Translations under genes and position numbers: made by a program | Source of the DNA: an uncultured Chloroflexia bacterium | GTDB taxonomy: Bacteria; Chloroflexota; Anaerolineae; B4-G1; SLSP01 | NCBI GenBank assembly: GCA_963751345.1 | Contig: CAVVUS010000011.1 | Location: forward strand, 192,001-256,000 | Direction of reading: 5' to 3' | Length of the DNA stretch: 64,000 nucleotides | The notes under the pieces: model-generated | The model's database searches: none | What the model was told of the DNA's origin: nothing | What the model saw: only the letters and a program-made list of their open reading frames with translations | Part shown: positions 10,009-20,221 of the stretch, piece by piece | Layout of the letters: each line of letters begins with the position of its first letter | Numbering within the stretch: position 1 is the stretch's first letter

Positions 10009-11793
10009 ATGAAGTCTCTTCGACGGATGCTTGTATACATCGCACCGTACAAGCGCGACGCGGTGCTTGCCCTGGCGCTGCTCCTGGGGGTCGTCGCGGC
10101 GGACCTTGGGATTCCACGCCTTACCCAGCGGGTGATCGACAAGGGGATCAACCAGGGCGATCTACATATCATCATCAACACCTCGTTGTTGATGTTCGCC
10201 GCAGCCCTCATCAGCGCGATCTTCGCGATCGGCAACACCATTCTGTCGGTGCGGGTCGGCCAGCGCTTCGGGGCCGACGTCAGGAGTGCGATCGTGCGCA
10301 AGGTGCAGACGTTCTCGTTCGGCAATCTCGACCGCGTGCAGACGGGACAGCTCCTGGTTCGAGCGACCAGCGACGTTACGCAGGTGCAGATGATCGTGAT
10401 GATGGGGTTACGGATTATGACCAGGGCCCCGCTCTGGCTCCTGGGGAGCGTCATCATGCTGGCGATCAACAGCCCTCAGCTTGTGCCCCTGATGCTTATC
10501 CTGATGGCGTGCGTTCTGGTTCTGATCGTCGTCTTTGTCTTCCGCGCACGTCCATACTTCCTCATCGTCCAACAGAAGCTCGATCGTCTCAACCAGGTCA
10601 TGGAGGAGAACCTCGCCGGCATCCGCGTCGTAAAGGCCTTCGTGCGGACAGCACGCGAGAATGAGCGCTTCGGTGAGGCGAACACGGACCTGATGGATCA
10701 GAGCATTCGCGTGAACCAGATGCTGGCCTTCCTCTTTCCTACCCTCACGCTGATCATCAACTTGGGCATAGCCGGCGTGATCTGGTTCGGCGGTATACGG
10801 GTTGTATCGGGCGGGTTCAGCGTTGGGGAAATCGTTGCCTCGTTTAACTACTTGACCTTCTCGCTCTTCCCTATGGTCATGCTTTCCAGCATGCTCGCAC
10901 CGCTATCGGCTGCAGATGCCTCGTCAGGACGTATCCTTGAGATCCTGGAAGCGGAGCCCGATGTACAGGAGCAGGCGATCGTGGCGCCGCCGTCGACCTT
11001 CGCCGGGCGGGTGGTCTTCGACGACGTGTGCTTCCAATACAACGGAGAAGATTGTACCGAGCCGGTCCTCAGCCACGTGAGCCTTGTTGCCGAACCCAGA
11101 CAGACGGTGGCGATCCTGGGGGCCACGGGGTCGGGCAAGTCGACTCTGATCCATCTGATCCCGCGATTCTATGATGTCACTGCCGGTCGCATTATCCTCG
11201 ACGGTGTCGATATCCGGGCGCTGCCCATTGACACCTTGAGGAGCCAAGTGGGGATTGCGATGCAGGACGCCGTCCTGTTCAGCGGCACAATTCGCGACAA
11301 CATCCGCTACGGGCGCCCTACCGCGACCGACGAGGAGGTCGTCGAAGCCGCTAAGGCTGCGCAGGCACACGACTTCGTCGTGGGGCTCCCGGCGGGCTAC
11401 GATACTATGCTCGGACAGCGGGGCGTCAACCTCTCAGGGGGACAGAAGCAGCGGATGTCGATCGCACGTGCGCTGTTGGTGCGCCCCCGCGTGCTCATCT
11501 TGGATGACAGCACAAGCGCCGTGGATTTCGAGACCGAGGCCAGGATCGAGGCTGCCCTCTCAGAGGTGTTGAGCGATGAGTTCGCGCGCAGCACGACCAT
11601 CTTCGTCGTCGCGCAGCGCATTAGCACGGTGATCAATGCCGACAAGATCGTGGTGCTTGAGCGAGGCAGAATCGCGGCGATGGGCACGCACGAGGAGTTG
11701 ATAGGGTCAAGCGAGATCTACCGCGAGATCTATGCCTCGCAGCTTGGCGGCAGTCCCAGCAACCTCGTCGCAGCAGCCGTGGGCGCGGCATAG
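10009..11793 (+). CDS. Heterodimeric ABC exporter subunit (TM287-like, degenerate site)
   Basis: TMD plus NBD; GATGSGKS, LSGGQ, degenerate Walker B ILDD and VAQR switch. Confidence 0.92.
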   Translation: MKSLRRMLVYIAPYKRDAVLALALLLGVVAADLGIPRLTQRVIDKGINQGDLHIIINTSLLMFAAALISAIFAIGNTILSVRVGQRFGADVRSAIVRKVQTFSFGNLDRVQTGQLLVRATSDVTQVQMIVMMGLRIMTRAPLWLLGSVIMLAINSPQLVPLMLILMACVLVLIVVFVFRARPYFLIVQQKLDRLNQVMEENLAGIRVVKAFVRTARENERFGEANTDLMDQSIRVNQMLAFLFPTLTLIINLGIAGVIWFGGIRVVSGGFSVGEIVASFNYLTFSLFPMVMLSSMLAPLSAADASSGRILEILEAEPDVQEQAIVAPPSTFAGRVVFDDVCFQYNGEDCTEPVLSHVSLVAEPRQTVAILGATGSGKSTLIHLIPRFYDVTAGRIILDGVDIRALPIDTLRSQVGIAMQDAVLFSGTIRDNIRYGRPTATDEEVVEAAKAAQAHDFVVGLPAGYDTMLGQRGVNLSGGQKQRMSIARALLVRPRVLILDDSTSAVDFETEARIEAALSEVLSDEFARSTTIFVVAQRISTVINADKIVVLERGRIAAMGTHEELIGSSEIYREIYASQLGGSPSNLVAAAVGAA

Positions 11794-11856
11794 TCGCAGA
11801 CAGACCTGGTTCCGTCCGGGTGAGGCCGGGCGAGCAACATTGAGGAGATAGGTGCC

Positions 11857-13761
11857 ATGCTAGATTCGAGTCAGAGGAATTCAGTGCGCCCGAACGGCGG
11901 TGATGGACAAGGGCCGGGCGCGGCAAGACAACCGGCACCTCCGCCACCCATCCCCGGGCCTGGGGGCAGGGGGCGTGGGGCAAGGATCGAGAAGGCCAAA
12001 GATGTGAAGGGGACGGTCCGCCGGCTATTGAGCTATCTCAGTCCCTATCGCAAGGCGATCGTTGGTGTGCTGGGACTCGTTTTGGCCGGCACACTCCTGG
12101 ACCTTGTGGGCCCAGCGCTGATGGGCCGGGCGATCGACGCGTTGACGCGCACCCGCGACATGCAGGCTGTGCTTCGCATTCTCGCGGTGATGCTGGCGAC
12201 CTACGCCAGTTCGTGGGCCGCCAATGTCGTGCAAGCCGTCGTAGTGGCGCACTTTTCACAGAAGGCACTGCGTGGGCTGCGCCAGGAGCTCTTCGAGCAC
12301 ATTCAGACGCTATCGTTAAGCTTCTTCGACCGTCATCCCCACGGCGAGCTTATGAGCCGCCTAACCAACGATATGCAGGCGATCAGCAACGTGTTGACGC
12401 AGAACGTGACGTCGCTGTTCTCCGGTTTGCTGACGTTGGTCGGTGTCATCGTGATGATGTTTGTGCTCAATCCTCTGCTGGCATTGGCATCTATGATCGT
12501 TCTCCCGGGGATGGTGTGGCTGGTGGGGTTCGTGGGGAAGCGGACGCGGCAGGGGTTCCGTGAGTACCAGATGCGGCTGGGTGTCCTCAACGCCCAGCTC
12601 GAGGAGATGTTCAGCGGGCAGCGCGTGGTCCTTGCTTTCGGCCAACAGGGGGCGGTGCTGGATGCCTTCGAGGGCGGCAATGCAGCCGTCAGGGATGTCG
12701 GCATTCGCGCGATGACCTATTCACTCCTGGTCCCCCCGTTGATGGGCATCATGAGCAATGCCAATGTCGCGATCATCGCCGGGCTTGGGGGATGGATGAC
12801 CCTGCAAGGTCTGGCCACGGTTGGGACGATTGCTTCTTTCTACACCTACTCGCGTCGCTTCGCGGCGCCGCTGCGGCAACTGAGCAACCTCTACAACCAG
12901 TTGCAGTCGGCAATTGCAGGCGCAGAGCGGATCTTTGAGATCATCGACGAGCGCCCGGAGATCCAGGACGAGCCGGACGCTATGACGCTGGAGCACGTCG
13001 GTGGTGACGTTGTCTTCGACCACGTGGAGTTTGCCTACGTGCCCGGCGTCCCGATCATCAAGGATATGAGCTTCCACGCACGTCCCGGACAGATGATCGC
13101 ACTCGTGGGCCCCACCGGGGCCGGCAAGACGACGATGGTCAACCTCCTATCCAGGTTCTATGATATACAGTCCGGACACATCCTGATCGATGGCGTCGAC
13201 CTGCGTGGCATGGAGAAGGCGAGTCTGCGCCGGAAGCTGGGCGTGGTGCTGCAGGATACGTTCCTCTTCTCGGAGACCGTGATGGAAAACATCCGGTACG
13301 GCCGCCTGGATGCGACTGATGAGGAAGTCATCGCGGCCGCCCAGCTCGCGAACGCTCACCAGTTTGTCGCCCGTCTGCCCCACGGGTACGAGACCGAGCT
13401 CTCCGAACGTGGCAGCAACCTGAGCCAGGGACAGCGGCAGCTCCTGGCCATCGCCCGGGCGATCCTCGCCGACCCGGCTATCCTGGTCCTCGACGAGGCA
13501 ACGAGCAGCGTGGACACGCGCACCGAGATGCTGATCCAGGCCGGCCTTTTGAGGTTGATGGAAGGGCGTACGAGCTTCGTGATTGCGCACCGGCTCAGCA
13601 CCATCCAGGGCGCGGACAAGGTCTTGGTGATCAACGAGGGCGAGATCATCGAGCGGGGCACGCACGAAGAGCTCCTGGCCGGCCGGGGCTTCTACTACAA
13701 CCTCTATATGAGCCAGTTCAAGGGGAAGGACGTCGCGGTCGAGGTCGCGCAAGGGGCGTAA
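11857..13761 (+). CDS. Heterodimeric ABC exporter subunit (TM288-like)
   Basis: GPTGAGKT, LSQGQ, VLDEATS, IAHR. Confidence 0.92.
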   Translation: MLDSSQRNSVRPNGGDGQGPGAARQPAPPPPIPGPGGRGRGARIEKAKDVKGTVRRLLSYLSPYRKAIVGVLGLVLAGTLLDLVGPALMGRAIDALTRTRDMQAVLRILAVMLATYASSWAANVVQAVVVAHFSQKALRGLRQELFEHIQTLSLSFFDRHPHGELMSRLTNDMQAISNVLTQNVTSLFSGLLTLVGVIVMMFVLNPLLALASMIVLPGMVWLVGFVGKRTRQGFREYQMRLGVLNAQLEEMFSGQRVVLAFGQQGAVLDAFEGGNAAVRDVGIRAMTYSLLVPPLMGIMSNANVAIIAGLGGWMTLQGLATVGTIASFYTYSRRFAAPLRQLSNLYNQLQSAIAGAERIFEIIDERPEIQDEPDAMTLEHVGGDVVFDHVEFAYVPGVPIIKDMSFHARPGQMIALVGPTGAGKTTMVNLLSRFYDIQSGHILIDGVDLRGMEKASLRRKLGVVLQDTFLFSETVMENIRYGRLDATDEEVIAAAQLANAHQFVARLPHGYETELSERGSNLSQGQRQLLAIARAILADPAILVLDEATSSVDTRTEMLIQAGLLRLMEGRTSFVIAHRLSTIQGADKVLVINEGEIIERGTHEELLAGRGFYYNLYMSQFKGKDVAVEVAQGA

Positions 13762-13769
13762 GGCAGTTG

Positions 13770-14774
13770 TCAGTTCCCGTTCGCCGGCAGGAACTCATTC
13801 GTGAACGCCTGCCGGACGTCGACGTCGCCGGTGATGGCCTGATAGGTTGTCAGCGTGTCGAGCAGCGCCTGCCACTGCTCCGTCGTCTGCCAGCCGATGC
13901 CGTGGGAGACCGTGGAGGGTCCGTAGGCTGCCTGCACTTCGGTGTCCAGCATAAAGCGCATATGGTCTGGGTCCGCATCGGGACCGGTGTAGGTCAGCAC
14001 GATGTCCACGGCTTCCTGGGGATGTGCTTCGGCGTAGGCGATGCCGCGTAGGGCCGCTCGCATAAACCGCGCAAGCTGATCAGGCTTCGCCTTGATCTGG
14101 TCATCGGTCGTGACGTACGTCAGCCCAAGTGTGGGGACGCCGAAGTCCGCAGGGTCCCACTCTGTCAGCTCGTAGCCCCAGCTTCTCAGCGTGTCCGGCT
14201 CGTTTGACGTGTAGACCGGGTAGATGTCGACCAGGCCTTCCGTCAGGACGCGGGGATCAAAGCCCACGTTGACCAATTCCACGTCCTGTTCTGAGAGCCC
14301 GGCCACATCCAGAAGCGCGAGCAGCTCCGGCGGCGGGGTTCCTTTGTAGCCGATTTTCTTCCCTCGCCAGTCCTGGAGCGTCGTGATGCCCGAGTCCGCC
14401 AGCGCCACGAACGCCTGCTGTCCTCGCTGTCCAATCAAGCCGATGGAGACCAGGGGAAGGCCCGGATCCGCCCGACGTCTGAGCAGCACCGCCGCGTCCT
14501 GGGTGGTCACGGCGACCTTTCCGGCCACCAGTAGTTGCAGATGCTCGCCGCCCCCCGCGGAGTGCTGGATCTCGACCTGAAGGTTCTCCTCCGTGAAGAA
14601 TCCCTTCGCCTGGGCGACGTAGACGCCGACGAAGGGTAGGTCGGCCTGGGGCTGATAGCCTGCCATGAAGACGAACGGCGCTTCGGCGCCGGCCTGCGGC
14701 CGGGTGCAGCCGACGAACGCCATCAGGCAGATCAGGGTCAGAGCCAGGGACGTGATCAGAGTTCTTTGGCGCAT
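13770..14774 (-). CDS. ABC importer substrate-binding lipoprotein, NMT1/THI5 family
   Basis: Lipobox FVGC; YVAQAKGFF..ENLQVEI; DWRGKKIGY. Confidence 0.85.
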   Translation of the reverse strand: MRQRTLITSLALTLICLMAFVGCTRPQAGAEAPFVFMAGYQPQADLPFVGVYVAQAKGFFTEENLQVEIQHSAGGGEHLQLLVAGKVAVTTQDAAVLLRRRADPGLPLVSIGLIGQRGQQAFVALADSGITTLQDWRGKKIGYKGTPPPELLALLDVAGLSEQDVELVNVGFDPRVLTEGLVDIYPVYTSNEPDTLRSWGYELTEWDPADFGVPTLGLTYVTTDDQIKAKPDQLARFMRAALRGIAYAEAHPQEAVDIVLTYTGPDADPDHMRFMLDTEVQAAYGPSTVSHGIGWQTTEQWQALLDTLTTYQAITGDVDVRQAFTNEFLPANGN

Positions 14775-14793
14775 CGAGCCTCCCATACCGACG

Positions 14794-15636
14794 TCAATCC
14801 CAGAAAACCACCCGCGCTTCGAGGGCGATGAAGAAGCCATAGAGGCCGATGCCCATCAGGGCAGAGCAGAAGACCGCCCCGAAAAGCGTCGGCATATCCA
14901 GATTGCTGTAGGCCAGCCACATGACTCGCCCCAGTCCGTTGGATGCTCCTGCCCACTCCGCGACGACCGCCCCGACCAGCGATAGTGGCCCTGCCACCTT
15001 GAGCGCGGCGAACAGATAGGGCATCGCCGAGGGCCACTGGGCGTGGCGGAAGAGCTCCCACCGGCTGGCATTCAGCGAGTGGAACAGATCCACCACGGCA
15101 GCGTCAGTGCTGCTGAGCCCTGCGTGCACGTTGATGAGGATGGGGAAGAACGTCATTAGGGCGGTGACGATGATCTTCGGCGCGGGGCCGAACCCGAACC
15201 AGATGATGAGCAGGGGGATGACGGCCACGATAGGCGTCGCCTTGACCAGAATCGCCAGTGCCAGAATCCCACGTTCCAACCCACGCCAGAACGTGATGAC
15301 GATCGCGACCAGCGTGCCGACCAGTAGGCCGAGGGCCAATCCGAGGGCGGCTTCCATCAGCGTCACCGACGTCGCCCTCAGGTACCGTCCTGCGTTGCGC
15401 CACAGGACCCCGGCGACCAGCGAGGGCGTGGGCAGCAGGTAGGCGGGAATTCCCTTCGCCGTGACAATGGCCTCCCAGGCAGTAAGCGCCATACCGACGA
15501 TCACGACGATGGACGCTGCGCTCCGCAGGGCCTTTCGCCGGTGACTGCGTGGCTCCTCTCCACCTCCGTGGGCTGCGGGAGGCGTAGCCGCTCCAGACGC
15601 CTCGGTCGCAGGCTGCATCGCCGGTTCGGTGGTCAT
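14794..15636 (-). CDS. ABC importer permease (SsuC/TauC type)
   Basis: YLLPTPS, FFPILIN and GAVVAEW motifs. Confidence 0.88.
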   Translation of the reverse strand: MTTEPAMQPATEASGAATPPAAHGGGEEPRSHRRKALRSAASIVVIVGMALTAWEAIVTAKGIPAYLLPTPSLVAGVLWRNAGRYLRATSVTLMEAALGLALGLLVGTLVAIVITFWRGLERGILALAILVKATPIVAVIPLLIIWFGFGPAPKIIVTALMTFFPILINVHAGLSSTDAAVVDLFHSLNASRWELFRHAQWPSAMPYLFAALKVAGPLSLVGAVVAEWAGASNGLGRVMWLAYSNLDMPTLFGAVFCSALMGIGLYGFFIALEARVVFWD

Positions 15637-16376
15637 TTGCGCAACAGGCTCCTCAGGCGACGGATGATCCGGCCCGTCTCGGGGGCGGTCTCTTCCCTCG
15701 GCCTTGGGAGGTCGACGCTCACGATGCCGCGCACCTCGCCCGGGCTCGGCGTCATGACCACGACCCGATCGGCCATCCGGGCGGCCTCGACGACGTTGTG
15801 GGTAACCCACAGCACGGTGGGCTTGAAGGTCTCCCAGAGGCGGAGCACCTCCTCCGTCAGGCGTTCGCGTGTGAGTTCGTCAAGCGCGGCGAACGGCTCG
15901 TCCATGAGCCACAGTGAAGCGCCGGTCGCAAGCGCTCTGGCCAGGGCCACGCGCTGCTGCATGCCGCCCGACAGCGTGCTCGGATAGGCGCCGGCAAACG
16001 CCGATAGCCGGACCATTTCCAGCAGTGCTGCCGGCTCCGGTGCGGGCTGCTGGTGGCGACGATTGACTTTTCGCGGGAGGGTGACGTTCTGCAGCACGGT
16101 CTTCCACGGCAGCAGAGCCGGGTTCTGGGCCATCCAGGCCACCTGTTTCTCGGTTCTGGCCTCGCCTGCGGGTCTGTCGCCCAGCAGGATCTGCCCTGAC
16201 GTGGGCGGTATTTGGTCGGCGATCAGCCGCAGCAGCGTGGATTTTCCGCAGCCGCTGGGCCCGATGAAACAGACGAACTCGCCCGAGGCAACGTCCAACG
16301 TCGCACGCGCCAGAGCCGGCAGTGGCTCAGGCGTGTCGACAAACGTCTTGGAGACCGAATTCAGTGTGACGTGCAT
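15633..16376 (-). CDS. ABC importer ATP-binding protein (SsuB/TauB type)
   Basis: GPSGCGKST, LSGGMQQR, MDEPFAALD; ATG at 16376. Confidence 0.92.
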   Translation of the reverse strand: MHVTLNSVSKTFVDTPEPLPALARATLDVASGEFVCFIGPSGCGKSTLLRLIADQIPPTSGQILLGDRPAGEARTEKQVAWMAQNPALLPWKTVLQNVTLPRKVNRRHQQPAPEPAALLEMVRLSAFAGAYPSTLSGGMQQRVALARALATGASLWLMDEPFAALDELTRERLTEEVLRLWETFKPTVLWVTHNVVEAARMADRVVVMTPSPGEVRGIVSVDLPRPREETAPETGRIIRRLRSLLRK

Positions 16377-16397
16377 ATTTCCTCGCGCTCTGGGCGT

Positions 16398-16426
16398 AGT
16401 ATAGGGAGTCGGGTAGGGCGTGTCAA
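16398..16426 (-). promoter_or_regulatory. Sigma70-type promoter of the ABC importer operon
   Basis: TTGACA-N17-TATACT on the minus strand, 21 nt upstream of the ATG. Confidence 0.7.
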
Positions 16427-16556
16427 TGGTCCGTTTTCCCGGACCATAGGGAAATGCTCCGTGACCGTTGTTGGCTCGCATGCTTGCGGGAGGGATAGAA
16501 TATGTTAGAATATCCATCCGTACGCATTTCCACATTATGGTACGGAGGAGTGATCC

Positions 16557-19374
16557 ATGATTGACCAGCCCAGGGATTGGCATGCGCTCGGCGTGCATGA
16601 TGCCACTCAGGCACTTGAGACCGACGCGCAAGCCGGCTTGACCTCCGCCGAGGCCAAGCGTCGTTTGGCCGAATACGGTCCGAACGAACTCAAGGAGGAA
16701 CCCCCACCCACTTTCTTTGAACGCCTTTGGAATCAACTGACCGACTTCGTCGTGATGATCCTCTTGGTCTCGGCGGTGATCTCAGCCATCCTTGGTGACT
16801 GGATCGAGGCCGCGGCCATTATGTCCATCGTCATCCTGAACTCTGCCGTCGGCGTGATCCAGGAGAGCAAGGCCGAGGAGGCACTTGCTGCCCTGAAGAA
16901 GATGGCCGCGCCGGACGCGTTGGTCATCCGGGATGGTCACCGTGTGACGGTGGCGACCCGCGAGTTGGTCCCCGGCGACATCGTACTGCTGGAGGCCGGA
17001 AGCATCATCCCCGCCGATCTGCGCTTGACCCTCTCGATGAACCTGAAGATCGAGGAGGCCTCGCTGACGGGTGAGTCGGTCCCGGTGAACAAGTATGCCG
17101 ACCAGGTTGTGAGCAAGGACGCCGGCATCGGCGATCGTCACAACATGGCGTTCATGAGCACGGTTGTGACCTACGGTCGCGGCCAGGGCGCCGTCATTGC
17201 CACCGGCATGGGGACCGAGATCGGCAAGATCGCCGAGATGATCCAGTCGGTTGAAGAGGAGGACACTCCGCTTCAGAAGAAGCTCGACCAGCTCGGCAAG
17301 ACGCTCGGTATCGGCAGTTTGGCGACCGTCGGTGTGGTTCTGGCCATCGGTTTGCTTCGTCCGATCGTCTTCGGCATCTATATCGAGGACTGGGTCCAGT
17401 ACATCAAGGAGTTCTTCATCCTGGCGGTCAGCCTGGCCATCGCGGCCGTGCCCGAGGGCTTGCCCGCCGTGGTCACCATCTGCCTGGCGCTGGGCATGCA
17501 GGAAATGGTCAAGCGGCACGCGCTGATCCGCCGGCTCCCGGCGGTCGAGACGCTGGGATCGGCGATGGTGATCTGCTCCGACAAGACCGGAACGCTCACG
17601 CAGAATCAGATGACGACAGTCCGCATCTGGGCCGACAGTAAGGAATACTCCGTCACGGGTCGCGGTTACAGCCCTGTGGGCTCATTTGAGCTGAATGGCG
17701 AGACCATCGATCTGGCCAACCACCCGACCTTGCGCAATACGCTGTGGGGCGGCATGCTGTGTAACGACTCCATCCTGGAGAAGGATGGCGGCAACGGTTC
17801 GGATTACCGCATGGTGGGCGATCCAACCGAGGGCGCGATGGTCGTGGCGGCGGCGAAGGCCGGCTACTGGACGGACGACCAGGGATGTGACTTCCCGAGA
17901 GTCAACGAGATCCCCTTCGATGCTGAGCGCAAGCGCATGAGCACGGTCCACGCCCTTGACGGTTCCGACAAGGGGGAGCTGAGCCCGATCCACCCGCAGC
18001 CCTCGGGTGCCGGGTACATCACCGTCGTGAAAGGCGCGCCGGACCTGGTCCTCGACCAGTGCACGCGCTTGCAGACCGACGGTGGCCCCATAGACCTATC
18101 GTCCGAGCAGCGTGAGGCGATCCTGCAGGCAAATGCCGGGATGGCGTCCCAGGCGCTCCGCGTCCTGGCCGTGGCCTATCGTTCGCTGGACGAGGTCCCC
18201 GACGAGCCCAAGCATGGCCGAGCTCGAGCGTGACCTCGTCTTCGTTGGTCTTGAGGGCATGATCGACCCCGCCCGGCCCGAGGTACTGCCCGCGGTCAAG
18301 AGGGCACAGGGCGCCGGTCTGCGCACGATCATGGTGACGGGCGACTATGCGGCGACGGCGGCTGCCATCGCCGACGAGATCGGTATTCTCCGCCCGGGTC
18401 ACGAGACGATCTCCGGTGCTCAGCTCGAAGTTATGAGCGACGAGGAGCTGCACCGCCGTATCGACAATGTCGACGTCTTCGCCCGTGTGGCACCTCACCA
18501 CAAGATGCGCATCGTGGCTGCGCTCCGGGATCGCGGCAATGTGGTTGCGATGACCGGCGACGGTGTGAACGACGCACCCGCGCTCAAGCAGGCCGACATC
18601 GGCGTGGCGATGGGCATCACGGGTACGGATGTCACCAAGCAGACGGCCGACATGGTCCTGACGGACGACAACTACGTCTCGATCATCAGCGCCATCGAGC
18701 AGGGTCGTGTCATCTACTCCAACATCCGGAAATTCGTCTATTACCTGATCTCGTGTAACGTCGCTGAGATCATGATCCTCTTCCTCTCAACGCTCTTTGG
18801 CTGGCCACCGCCCCTGACGGCAATTCAACTGCTCTGGCTGAACCTGCTGAGTGATGGTGCACCGGCTCTGGCGCTGGGGATGGAAAAGGGTGATCCCGAT
18901 CTGATGGATCGTCCCCCGCGGCCGCCGGAAGAGCCCGTGATCAACCGTGAGATGGTGATCGGCGTCGTCGTTCAGACGATTGCCATTACCTCTGCCGTGT
19001 TGGCAGCCTATCTGCTGGGTATGAATTACTTCGCAGCCCGGGCTTCGGCCGATCCGCTGCGCACTGCTGAGACGATGGCTTTCATCACTCTGGTAGCGTC
19101 CGAGCTGTTCCGGGCCTACACGGCGCGGTCCGAGCGGTACCCGCTGTTCAAGCTGGGTGTCTTCACCAACAAGTGGATGCAGTACGCGGTTGGCTTCTCG
19201 CTGGTACTGCTCCTGCTGGTGGTTTATATCCCGGTGCAGGCAATTCGAGATGTCTTCAACACCACGCCGCTGAACTTCGAGGAATGGCTGACGATCACGC
19301 CCCTGATCCTGATGCCCGCGGTCGTCGCTGAGCTGCAGAAGGTGATCGTCTTCCGGTCGAGCCGTAGGGGATAG
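16557..19374 (+). CDS. P-type (IIA, Ca2+-type) cation-transporting ATPase; frameshift near 18211
   Basis: TGES, PEGL, DKTGTLT and KGAP in ORF 16557..18233; TGD and GDGVND in ORF 18112..19374. Confidence 0.92.
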
Positions 19375-19387
19375 GCTGTCCTGAATT

Positions 19388-19423
19388 ACCATCCGGGAAG
19401 CTCCGCAGCTTCCCGGATGGTTT
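19388..19423 (+). terminator. Intrinsic terminator after the P-type ATPase
   Basis: ACCATCCGGGAAGCT-ccgc-AGCTTCCCGGATGGT perfect stem with a short T run. Confidence 0.7.
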
Positions 19424-19467
19424 GGCGCCAGGTGTCGTGATAGCACGGCACTTGGGCCACATATATC

Positions 19468-19514
19468 AAAAACAGCAGAGCGGCGGTGCCAGCCGGCACC
19501 GCCGCTCTGCTGTT
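19468..19514 (-). terminator. Intrinsic terminator after the response regulator
   Basis: 20-bp perfect stem AACAGCAGAGCGGCGGTGCC/GGCACCGCCGCTCTGCTGTT with T tract on the minus strand. Confidence 0.75.
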
Positions 19515-19528
19515 GCGACGCGAGAGTC

Positions 19529-20215
19529 CTACGTCGTCTCGGGTGAGAACGTATACCCGACACCCGGCACGGTGATGATGTAGTGCGGGTGGCGCGGGTC
19601 GGGCTCCACTTTGATCCTCAGCCGGCGGATGAGGCCCCGAACGAGATCGCGCTCGCCCTCTCCCGAGTAGCCCCAGACTTGCTCTACGAGGACCTCGGTC
19701 GGCAGGACCTGCTCCTTGTGAATCATCAGGGTATAGAGCAGGCGGAACTCGAGCTGCGTCAGCCGCTTTGGGCTGCGCTTGGCGATGACCACGGTGCGCG
19801 TGGCCGGATCGAGTTCCACGTCCAGGGCGTTGAGCGTGGGCAGCGTGAAGACGGGTAGATTGGCCGCGCGCCGCAGGAGCGCGCGGGTCTGCGCGATCAG
19901 CAGTCGCGCGCTGAAGGGCCGCTGCACGACCAGGTCGGCGCCCGATTCCAGGGTCACCGCGTGGGTAGACTCGTCAAGCTGCTCGGCAATCACCAACAAT
20001 GGCGTCTGATCCTGCGCACGGATGGCCTTGACGGTGGGTAGCGGCGACCCCTCCGCCGTTGCCAAAACGATCAGGTTCGTCGGATTGTCGATGTCATCGG
20101 GCATCGCCAGATCCGGCACCTCGCGGTGGCGGGTCACCGTCAGCCCGGCGCGTTGAAGCACCAGCGAGAGCACTGCGGTCTCGTCGGGGTCCTGCGAGAT
20201 CAACAGAGCCTTCAT
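19529..20215 (-). CDS. OmpR-family response regulator with an atypical (pseudo-)receiver domain
   Basis: Winged-helix LTQLEFRLL..VWGY..LRIKVE..TVPGVGY; receiver lacks the phosphoacceptor Asp (LIVLA) and the conserved Lys (QRPF). Confidence 0.88.
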   Translation of the reverse strand: MKALLISQDPDETAVLSLVLQRAGLTVTRHREVPDLAMPDDIDNPTNLIVLATAEGSPLPTVKAIRAQDQTPLLVIAEQLDESTHAVTLESGADLVVQRPFSARLLIAQTRALLRRAANLPVFTLPTLNALDVELDPATRTVVIAKRSPKRLTQLEFRLLYTLMIHKEQVLPTEVLVEQVWGYSGEGERDLVRGLIRRLRIKVEPDPRHPHYIITVPGVGYTFSPETT

Positions 20216-20221
20216 GCGCCG

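Noticed and set aside
16427-16556. TPP, FMN or metal riboswitch between the importer and the P-type ATPase
   Set aside because: No consensus motifs; the region is explained by divergent promoters and a weak CCGTAC/GTACGG stem
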